Assembly (NCBI GenBank): GCA_040954595.2
Contig: CM082588.2
Span: 10,338,844-10,402,843 of the forward strand
Reading direction: 5' to 3'
Source of the DNA: Balanoglossus misakiensis
Taxonomy: Eukaryota; Animalia; Hemichordata
DNA: 64,000 nucleotides
Below, one piece after another: positions 25,501-35,711 of the stretch (positions are counted from its first letter, which is position 1; every line of letters starts with the position of its first letter). Made by a program: the position numbers and the translations under genes. The notes under the pieces were generated by a model, which did no database searches, was not told the DNA's origin, and saw nothing but the letters and a program-made list of their open reading frames with translations.

Positions 25501-27732
25501 TATATATGTGTTCTGCGCATCACAACAGAATTTTGTAAACAATCGAGGCTTTGTTTGGAAGCAACAATGGAAATTTTAGAACTATCTGTCGATCTACGGA
25601 GTATAGTGGAAAACGTTCATATGCGCATAGGCCTATATATGTGTTCTGCGCATCACAACAGAATTTTGTAAACAAACGAGGCTTTGTTTGGAAGCAACAA
25701 TGGAAATTTTAGAACTATCTCTCGATCTACAGAGTATAGTGGAAAACGTTCTTATGCGCATAGGCCTATCATGTGTTATGCACATCACAACAGAATTTTG
25801 TAAACAATCGAGGATGTGTTTGGAAGCAATCATGGAAATTTTAGAACTATCCGTCGATCTACAGAGTCTAGTGGGAAACTTTCTTATGCGCATAGGCATA
25901 TGTATGTGTTCAGCGCATCACAACAGAATTTTGTAAATGAACGAGGCTGTGTTTGGAAACAACTATGGAAATTTTAGAACTATCTCTCGATCTACAGAGT
26001 CTAGTGTAAAACTTTATTATGCACATAGGCCTATCTATGTATTATGCGCATCACAACAGAAATCGCTAAATAAACGAGGCTGTATTTGGAAGCAACCATG
26101 TAAATTTTACAACTATCCGTCGATCTACAGAGTCTGGTGGAAAACTTTCTTATGCGCATAGGCCTATTACGTGTTCTGCGCCTAACAACAGAATTCGGTA
26201 AATAAACGAGGCTATTTGGAAGCAACCATGGAAATTTTTGAACTATCCGTCGATCTACAGAGTCTAGTGGAAAAATGTCTTATGCGCATAGGCCTATCGT
26301 GTGTTCTGCGCCTCACAACATAATTCCGTAAATAAACGAGGCTGTTTGGAAGCAACCTTGGAAATTTTAGAACTATCTCTCGATCTACAGAGTATAGTGG
26401 AAAACGTTCATATGCGCATAGGCCTATCATGTGTTATGCACATCACAACATAATTTTGTAAACAAACGAGGCTTTGTTTGGAAGCAACAATGAAAATTTT
26501 AGAACTATCTGTCGATCTACGGAGTATAGTGGAAAACGTTCATATGCGCATAGGCCTATATATGTGTTCTGCGCATCACAACAGAATTTTGTAAACAATC
26601 GAGGCTTTGTTTGGAAGCAACAATGGAAATTTTAGAACTATCTGTCGATCTACGGAGTATAGTGGAAAACGTTCATATGCGCATAGGCCTATATATGTGT
26701 TCTGCGCATCACAACAGAATTTTGTAAACAAACGAGGGTTTGTTTGGAAGCAACAATGGAAATTTTAGAACTATCTCTCGATCTACAGAGTATAGTGGAA
26801 AACGTTCTTATGCGCATAGGCCTATCATGTGTTATGCACATCACAACAGAATTTTGTAAACAATCGAGGATGTGTTTGGAAGCAATCATGGAAATTTTAG
26901 AACTATCCGTCGATCTACAGAGTCTAGTGGGAAACTTTCTTATGCGCATAGGCATATGTATGTGTTCAGCGCATCACAACAGAATTTTGTAAATGAACGA
27001 GGCTGTGTTTGGAAACAACCATGGAAATTTTAGAACTATCTCTCGATCTACAGAGTCTAGTGTAAAACTTTATTATGCACATAGGCCTATCTATGTATTA
27101 TGCGCATCACAATAGAAATCGCTAAATAAACGAGGCTGTATTTGGAAGCAACCATGTAAATTTTACAACTATCCGTCGATCTACAGAGTCTGGTGGAAAA
27201 CTTTCTTATGCGCATAGGCCTATTACGTGTTCTGCGCCTAACAACAGAATTCGGTAAATAAACGAGGCTGTTTGGAAGCAACCATGAAAATTTTTGAACT
27301 ATCCGTCGATCTACAGAGTCTAGTGGAAAAATGTCTTATGCGCATAGGCCTATCGTGTGTTCTGCGCCTCACAACATAATTCCGTAAATAAACGAGGCTG
27401 TTTGGAAGCAACCGTGGAAATTTTAGAACTATCTCTCGATCTACAGAGTATAGTGGAAAACGTTCATATGCGCATAGGCCTATCATGTGTTATGCACATC
27501 ACAACATAATTTTGTAAACAAACGAGGCTTTGTTTGGAAGCAACCGTGGAAATTTTAGAACTATCTCTCGATCTACAGAGTATAGTGGAAAACGTTCATA
27601 TGCGCATAGGCCTATCATGTGTTATGCACATCACAACATAATTTTGTAAACAAACGAGGCTTTGTTTGGAAGCAACATTGGAAATTTTAGAACTATCTGT
27701 CGATCTACGGAGTATAGTGGAAAACGTTCATA
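7504..27732. repeat. 130-133-bp satellite array, block 1
   Basis: Head-to-tail monomer TGGAAGCAACCATGGAAATTTTAGAACTATCCGTCGATCTACAGAGTCTAGTGGAAAACGTTCTTATGCGCATAGGCCTATCTATGTGTTCTGCGCATCACAACAGAATTTTGTAAACAAACGAGGATGTGTT. Monomer starts at 7504, 7637 and 7770 give 133 bp; 131- and 130-bp variants also occur. Confidence 0.99.
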
Positions 27733-27758
27733 CACTGCAAATTCTGCAAAAACAAGCC

Positions 27759-28131
27759 GGTTTGTACTCAAGCCATTCGGGTTTGCTGACAAGCCATCTC
27801 GTCATACTTGCCGAAACTTCGGTATTTCCACAAGCCGCTAAATTGTCTGGTGTGTGCCAGCAAGCCAGTCAATGTTAGAAAAATGGTTTGTAAATACGCC
27901 GCTGGACAACCTGTCTGGAATGGCTTATTATTAAGCCATTGAACAAAATCTCTGGTTTGCTCGCAAACTTTAGTGATACTTATGTCTGGCTCGAATTTGT
28001 ACCATATTTAACCTTGGCTGCATTTTAAGCCGTTGGAGTTAGTGGTCGCTTTTCAAACCATAAAAAGATGTAAGTATGGTTTGAAAACACGCCATGGAAA
28101 ACTTTGCCGGGATGTGGTTCATATACACGCC
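27759..28131. repeat. Left subterminal array of about 12 degenerate 16-bp palindromes GGYTTGN4CAARCC
   Basis: Units start at 27759, 27780, 27821, 27851, 27885, 27922, 27954, 27988, 28016, 28044, 28078 and 28116; spacers are non-repetitive. Confidence 0.85.
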
Positions 28132-29099
28132 ACGCTGGGCACAATGTCTTGCGAAATACCCTGATTTGGCGCGCGAATGCAGGGTCAAAGGTTATTTATT
28201 ACACAACTACAACGTTTTGACGCGAGAGAAGACGGTCCACGCGTGAGGAAGCCGATCGAACCACGTCGTTCCCTTTATAAAATTCGTTCAGCGATTTACA
28301 ATGCACTCAACCTGTTCCTAAGGTAGAACCGAAATACCATATGCGTGGATAATTACTTTGGCACCGAGCATCGTTATGGAAGGATGACATCTAATGACTT
28401 AGCAGTTGACCGCCAGCATCTACGAGACCGTAACATAGAACAATGCCGGTTGGGGTAAGTCCTGCTTCCATTCCATTTTGTGACAGTAACTACATTTTTG
28501 CGAGCAGTGAAGATAATACAAAATTAACAGGCCCGAATCCTGTATATACTGACTTGATCATGTGTTGATGATAGCTGAAAAGCATGTGAGAAGAAGTAAT
28601 GTCAAAAGTTTGACAGCATAAAGTAGGGAGTGGGGCCCCAAAGGAATTTCATTATTCTTGCTATTTTCAGCCTCCATCCCCGTTCATTTTTGTTTATGCA
28701 TTTTTGTGAGCGAAGACGATGCAAAGTATGTCACTATTAAAAGGCCTGAATCCTTTATATACTGCATTGATCATGTGTGGATGGTTACAAAAAAGTCTGA
28801 GCAAATCAAAAGAATTTTTTTAATGCAGCTCCGGAGTGGGGCCCTATAGCGCCATAGCCTAGGAATTTCACCATGCTTGCTATTGGCAGCCTACATCCCC
28901 ATTCATGTTTGTTTATGCACTTTTACTAGTCAAGATAATTCAAAATATGTAATAATATCTATACTGTATTGATCATTTGTAGATCGAGAGATATTTCAAA
29001 TATATGAAGCTTCGAGTGGGGCTAGTGGCAGCGGAAGTCAACATTGGGGGGGGGGGGGTAACCGCAATAAAATGTTGTTTTGTGTTCCAATACTATATC

Positions 29100-29515
29100 A
29101 ATGGATACCCATAATATTTAAATCATTGGCTGAATAATTTTTTTTTGATAAACCGTGATCTCGGACCACAGGATTATTTAACCCCTGCATGCCTGCGATT
29201 TGTAACAATAATGATTCCTACTTTAATTGAACCCCAGATATTTGCATAAGAATGAAATAATGGATACCCATAATATTTAAATCATTGGCTGATTAATTTT
29301 TTTTGATAAACCATGATCTCGGACCACAGGATTATTTAACCCCTGCATGCCTGCGATTTGTAACAATAATGATTTAAATCATTGGCTGAATATTTTTTTT
29401 TGATAAACCATGATCTCGGACCACAGGATTATTTAACCCCTGCATGCCTGCGATTTGTAACAATAATGATTCCTACTTTAATTGAACCCCAGATATTTGC
29501 ATAAGAATGAAATAA
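29100..29515. repeat. Tandem repeat of about 160 bp, about 2.6 copies (middle copy truncated)
   Basis: TTTAAATCATTGGCTGA...GATCTCGGACCACAGGATTATTTAACCCCTGCATGCCTGCG occurs three times. Also present in the second element copy at about 63021-63436. Confidence 0.9.
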
Positions 29516-29995
29516 ATGATCTTGGTTTTGCAGGAGTGGTGATACTGGTTATGGGAAGGAGCAGTTTTTATTTTATTAGGCACCACAAAAATATGAAAAA
29601 GTCAACAAGTAGCATTTATGTCGAAGCATACACGGTATGTATAATTAAGTAGATTTTGTTATTTTTTTAATATCCATTTTTGTCATCTAGTCATCTGTTT
29701 TCTTTACAGTTTAGTTTGTAGGGACTTCATTATAAAATACCAACCATGTGGTTATAATTTCAGTATTGCATTTGGGAAGAGATTTTACTATTTATGCCTA
29801 AAAACGAGTTTTAAAGGAACATGCCTATCTGTATTTATTAATATAGTCCAGCTATCATGTATGTAACATGTATTCAGTTATAGTCAAAGGAAACAATTCA
29901 CTAAACTCTAGGTGCGAAATTTCATGCATTGCTCATTGAATCAATTTCATCTTGTTTGTTACATGCTGTGTATCTCATGGTTATGTTAGTGTTTC

Positions 29996-30670
29996 ATGGT
30001 TGCTGCCTATAACATTAGGATGGCACCATATCGTAGTGTTGTATCGGTCAGTCTCATGTTCTCATATGGTTGCTGCCTATAACAGTAGGATGGCACCACA
30101 TCGTAGTGTTGTATCGGTCAGTCTCATGTTCTCATATGGTTGCTGCCTATAACATTAGGATGGCACCATATCGTAGTGTTGTATCGGTCAGTCTCATGTT
30201 CTCATATGGTTGCTGCCTATAACATTAGGATGGCACCATATCGTAGTGTTGTATCGGTCAGTCTCATGTTCTCATATGGTTGCTGCCTATAACATTAGGA
30301 TGGCACCATATCGTAGTGTTGTATCGGTCAGTCTCATGTTCTCATATGGTTGCTGCCTATAACATTAGGATGGCACCATATCGTAGTGTTGTATCGGTCA
30401 GTCTCATGTTCTCATATGGTTGCTGCCTATAACAGTAGGATGGCACCATATCGTAGTGTTGTATCGGTCAGTCTCATGTTCTCATATGGTTGCTGCCTAT
30501 AACATTAGGATGGCACCATATCGTAGTGTTGTATCGGTCAGTCTCATGTTCTCATATGGTTGCTGCCTATAACATTAGGATGGCACCATATCGTAGTGTT
30601 GTATCGGTCAGTCTCATGTTCTCATATGGTTGCTGCCTATAACATTAGGATGGCACCATATCGTAGTGTT
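29996..30670. repeat. 70-bp minisatellite, about 9.6 near-identical copies
   Basis: TGCTGCCTATAAC recurs at 30001, 30071, 30141 ... 30631 with an exact 70-bp period. Confidence 0.97.
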
Positions 30671-31700
30671 TTGTGGTATGTGTGTCAGTCTCATAGTCAT
30701 TCCCCATTGATAAATAGAGAGACACTATCTTCTTTTGTTGAGTATGTCTCATACGAGTCATTGTCATATTTTCTTGTGTACATATGTGTTATGTGTTGTT
30801 TTCATGCTGGAAATTGTTTCTAAAATACACTCATGTTAATTTCTAACAAGATTGTTTTCTCTTTTTGTTTTTCACTATTTGAGAGTGTTTCCCATTGAAA
30901 GAAGACGAAGTTTCATAGTAAGGAAGAAGATACTCAAGGCTACTGCCATGACTCCAATACTCAAATGCATATAAAGGAGGATTTAAAAGTACTTTTCCAC
31001 ACTTAATGGTGACTTTGAAATCTGTATTCATGTCAGTTTTGACAAACAGTAGATTCAAAAAGTGAGGCATTTTTGATGGATTGAAATGATTTTCCCTAAC
31101 CACTTGAACGGAAAATGAGATAAAAGTTTTATTGTATATATTTTCTATCATTTATGGGGTTAATTCATTTGATTTACATAATACCATGTATTTACCGTTG
31201 TTCCTTTTTTCTTACATTGTCATTACAATAATAATGATTGACCAAAAAAGATCTTTCTCGGTGTGCTTTTTTGACAGGTTAACATACCATTGACTGTGGA
31301 GTACTAAGATGCTGCACATTATGACACATGTTATGCTTCAAGACCAAGTTATTTAAGGGCATAGTAACTAACTTTGGGCTATTTTTTATGTATTTTTGTT
31401 CAGTGTATCGACTCCTTATTTCTGTTGTACTCCTTAAAGCATGATTAACTGCCCAGGTTCAGGATCTCAACTTTGGCCTTTGCAAATGAGTTCAGGTCTG
31501 GACTAAAATTATGTTTTTTGACAATTGCTGATTGTACAATTATGGCAGTGTATAGAATCTAGTAAATGGCATTGCATCATGCTTTGGTGAGTTGAACAAG
31601 AAACTGCAGTCACTTGAAAGAGCAAAAATGCTAAAAATGGCCCAAATTTATAACTATAGCTTTTAGGTAAACAGAAGCCAAACATGCAATTCAAATTTTT

Positions 31701-32232
31701 GGCTTGCTTACAAACTGCATTCTGTGTAAGAATGGTTTGTATACATGCCAAAGCCCAAGCAGAGTGGCTGATTTTTAAACCACTGCTCAAGCATTCTCAG
31801 TTTGTCAGCAAACCAGGAAATGCTAATTTTTGGTTTGCTGGCAAACTGAAGTGATTCATGTTTGGTTTGCTAGCACACCAGTTTTAAGTAGAAGTTGGCT
31901 TTCAGACAAGCCAATGTAAATTTTAAGGGTTTACGTACAACCCCCTTGTATTATTCGACGGTTTGTTGGCAAGCCATTGTTTTAGAAAGTGGCTTACATG
32001 CAAGCCATCATAATATATTCATTGGTTTATATACAAACCCCTTAGATTTGTGATGGTTTGTTGACAAACCACTGGATAATGAATCGGTGTGTCTTCAAGC
32101 TCATTTGCTGAATAGAATGGCATGCCAGCAAACCATATTTCGGTACTATGGTTGGCCAACACACCATTCATTAAACTTGCTGTGGTCTATCAGCAAGCCG
32201 GTAAGTTATATAAAACGGCAACTCAGCAAGCT
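31701..32232. repeat. Right subterminal array of about 17 degenerate 16-bp palindromes with a 31-34-bp period
   Basis: Units start at 31701, 31734, 31766, 31799, 31832, 31864, 31897, 31928, 31960, 31991, 32024, 32055, 32086, 32119, 32150, 32184 and 32217. Confidence 0.9.
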
Positions 32233-32326
32233 AAATTCAAGCCAAAATCAAGCCAGATTTGAAGAAACGAAAGAAGCCGATTTGCGACAAACAAGCTGGT
32301 TTGAATTTGGCTTGAATTTAGCTTGC
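32226..32326. repeat. 31-bp inverted repeat (29/31 matches) with a 39-bp loop
   Basis: GCAAGCTAAATTCAAGCCAAAATCAAGCCAG (32226-32256) pairs with CTGGTTTGAATTTGGCTTGAATTTAGCTTGC (32296-32326). Confidence 0.9.
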
Positions 32327-32351
32327 AGGAAAGCCAGAAGAATTTGCAGTG

Positions 32352-33812
32352 TATGCGCATAGGCCTATATATGTGTTCTGCGCATCACAACAGAATTTTG
32401 TAAATGAACGAGGCTGTGTTTGGAAACAACCATGGAAATTTTAGAACTATCTCTCGATCTACAGAGTATAGTGGAAAACGTTCATATGCGCATAGGCCTA
32501 TCATGTGTTATGCACATCACAACATAATTTTGTAAACAAACGAGGCTTTGTTTGGAAGCAACATTGGAAATTTTAGAACTATCTGTCGATCTACGGAGTA
32601 TAGTGGAAAACGTTCATATGCGCATAGGCCTATATATGTGTTCTGCGCATCACAACAGAATTTTGTAAACAATCGAGGATGTGTTTGGAAGCAATCATGG
32701 AAATTTTAGAACTATCCGTCGATCTACAGAATCTAGTGGGAAACTTTCTTATGCGCATAGGCATATGTATGTGTTCAGCGCATCACAACAGAATTTTGTA
32801 AATGAACGAGGCTGTGTTTGGAAACAACCATGGAAATTTTAGAACAATCTCTCGATATAAAGTTGAAAAGTTTCTTATGCGCATAGGCCTATTACGTGTT
32901 CTGCGCCTCACAACAGAATTCGGTAAATAAACGAGGCTGTTTGGAAGCAACAATGGAAATTTTAGAACTATCTGTCGATCTACGGAGTATAGTGGAAAAC
33001 GTTCATATGCGCATAGGCCTATATATGTGTTCTGCGCATCACAACAGAATTTTGTAAACAATCGAGGATGTGTTTGGAAGCAATCATGGAAATTTTAGAA
33101 CTATCCGTCGATCTACAGAGTCTAGTGGGAAACTTTCTTATGCGCATAGGCATATGTATGTGTTCAGCGCATCACAACAGAATTTTGTAAATGAACGAGG
33201 CTGTGTTTGGAAACAACCATGGAAACTTTAGAACTATCCGTCGATCTACAGAGTCTATAGTGGAAAACTTTCTTATGCACATATGCCTATCTATGTGTTC
33301 TGCGCCTCAAAACAGAATTCCGTAAATAAACGAGGCTGTTTGGAAGCAAACATGGAAATTCTAGAACTATCTCATGATCTACAGAGTATAGTGGAAAACG
33401 TTCATATGCGCATAGGCCTATCATGTGTTATGCACATCACAACAGAATTTTGTAAACAAACGAGGCTTTGTTTGGAAGCAACAATGGAAATTTTAGAGCT
33501 ATCTGTCGATCTACGGAGTATAGTGGAAAACGTTCATATGCGCATAGGCCTATATATGTGTTCTGCGCATCACAACAGAATTTTGTAAACAAACGAGGAT
33601 GTGTTTGGAAGCAACAATGGAAATTTTAGAACTATCCGTCGATCTACGGAGTATAGTGGAAAACGTTCATATGCGCATAGGCCTATATATGTGTTCTGCG
33701 CATCACAACAGAATTTTGTAAACAAACGAGGCTTTGTTTGGAAGCAACAATGGAAATTTTAGAACTATCTCTCGATCTACTGAGTATAGTGGAAAACGTT
33801 CATATGCGCATA
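32352..33812. repeat. 130-133-bp satellite array, block 2
   Basis: Same monomer and orientation; resumes in register after the TA TSD. Confidence 0.98.
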
Positions 33813-33816
33813 TAGT

Positions 33817-34880
33817 CAGGTGGAAATTTCAGAAAATGAGCATTTTAAAAGCATGTCAGGCATTTTTTGGTACAAGCTGGGAACAAGTTGTTTTTGGATA
33901 TTTCGAATACGCTGATTTCGAATTTGCCTGTTCCCAAAAATTCTTTTCACGTTTTCATGTCGAAAATGGCAAATTAATTTGTGACGTCATAATTTCAAAA
34001 TACCTAAAAGAAAACGCTGTTTGTAGCCATTATGGTGCAATATCACAGGTCAACACCATAATAGTCTATTGAAATCATATTCTTATATTCATTTAAATAT
34101 TTGTAAACAATTTTTTTAATTTAGAAACATTTTGTGAATTGGTAAAATGCTAATTTATGTTAATTAGGTCCAGGTGGAAATTTCAGAAAATGAGCATTTT
34201 AAAAGCATGTCATTCATTTTTTTGGTACAAGCTGGGAACAAGTTGTTTTTGGATATTTCGAATACGCTGACTTCGAATTTGCCTGTTCCCAAAAATTCTT
34301 TTCACGTTTTCATGTCGAAAATGGCAAATTAATTTGTGACGTCATAATTTCAAAATACCTAAAAGAAACCGCTGTTTGTAGCCATTATGGTGCAATATCA
34401 CAGGTCAACACCATAATAGTCTATTGAAATCATATTCTTATATTCATTTAAATATTTTTAAACAATGTTTTTAATTTAGAAACATTTTGTGAATTGGTAA
34501 AATGCTAATTTATGTTAATTAGGTCCAGGTGGAAATTTCAGAAAATGAGCATTTTAAAAGCATGTCATTCATTTTTTTGGTACAAGCTGGGAACAAGTTG
34601 TTTTTGGATATTTCGAATACGCTGACTTCGAATTTGCCTGTTCCCAAAAATTCTTTTCACGTTTTCATGTCGAAAATGGCAAATTAATTTGTGACGTCAT
34701 AATTTCAAAATACCTAAAAGAAAACGCTGTTTGTAGCCATTATGGTGCAATATCACAGGTCAACACCATAATAGTCTATTGAAATCATATTCTTATATTC
34801 ATTTAAATATTTTTAAACAATTTGTTTAATTTAGAAACATTTGGTGAATTGGTAATAATGCTAATTTATGTTAATTAGGT
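33817..34880. repeat. Tandem triplication (354-355-bp unit) of the element's left end
   Basis: CAGGTGGAAATTTCAGAAAATGAGC at 33817, 34171 and 34526; units are highly similar. Confidence 0.95.
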
Positions 34881-35711
34881 GACACGCCCATCTAAAATCA
34901 ATGGGTCTACAAAAGAGAGCCAACGGTGTTAAGTGAGGTGTCTATTCCAATGTTTTCAGGGTCAAGGAATTCAAATATGCAATCGTTTACCTTGTCAGAC
35001 AAGGTGCAGCATGAAAAATATGCAAAATTAGCTTAATTAGTCATGATGTCATGCTAAAATTGACAACTGAAAGCTAAAGATACGACTTTGGCCTGTCAGG
35101 TGTCTATTCATATGTTTTTTGACAAATGTTTGCATTTTAATGAATAACTGAAATGAAACTTTTCATATTTGTATGTAATAGCATGTAAAACACAACAAAA
35201 TCAAACAAACTAACAAACAAACAAACAAATAAACATACACAACGAGGATTTAGTGTAGACTGTACATGCTCGCTGGTAACATCGTGACCAACCGCTCCGT
35301 TAAAAAACACCAGAACATTGAACGTATGAACGTTTAGGTCCACAATTCACAAGTTATTGAACTATGAATGTATGTTCAATGTTGTGAAAAGCCAAAAACA
35401 TACTTTTTGCCAACAAAACTGACATTTGTTAACGTACAAGTTGTTCATTAATAGCGAAAGCACCGTATGGCCACACTCACATTATGCCAGCACCATATAT
35501 TCATGCTTAGTTATAAGACGTTGAATGCACACTGATGGCCCGACGTCCTCGGTGTTTTTTTGAAACCCGGTCTCTAACAACAATTTCTCTTCATAAGTAA
35601 AGAGTAATGTGTATTTTTATTACGGTTTTATATATGATACTGTGTGCAAAGTGAAGATTGTGTCAGTGAGGCAACATATATACATGTATGTTTAATCCAC
35701 TTGGGTGTCGT

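Larger units (their letters stand above)
27733..32351. mobile_element. Non-autonomous CACTG-ended DNA transposon (EnSpm/CACTA-like), 4619 bp
   Basis: 13-bp TIR CACTGCAAATTCT / AGAATTTGCAGTG; TA TSD at 27731-27732 and 32352-32353; removing the element restores the monomer TTCATATGCGCATAGG. Extensive subterminal repeats, no transposase ORF. The superfamily is inferred from the termini, 2-bp TSD and subterminal repeats. Confidence 0.85.

Noticed and set aside
28658-31790. Transposase or captured gene inside the CACTG element
   Set aside because: Only short ORFs (up to about 100 aa), some from the minisatellite; no DDE or other motif recognised. A decayed multi-exon remnant cannot be excluded without a translated search.
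31701-32232. CRISPR array (palindromic repeats with unique spacers)
   Set aside because: Repeats are only 16 bp and degenerate, spacers 15-18 bp, there are no cas genes, the context is eukaryotic, and the arrays sit symmetrically inside transposon ends.
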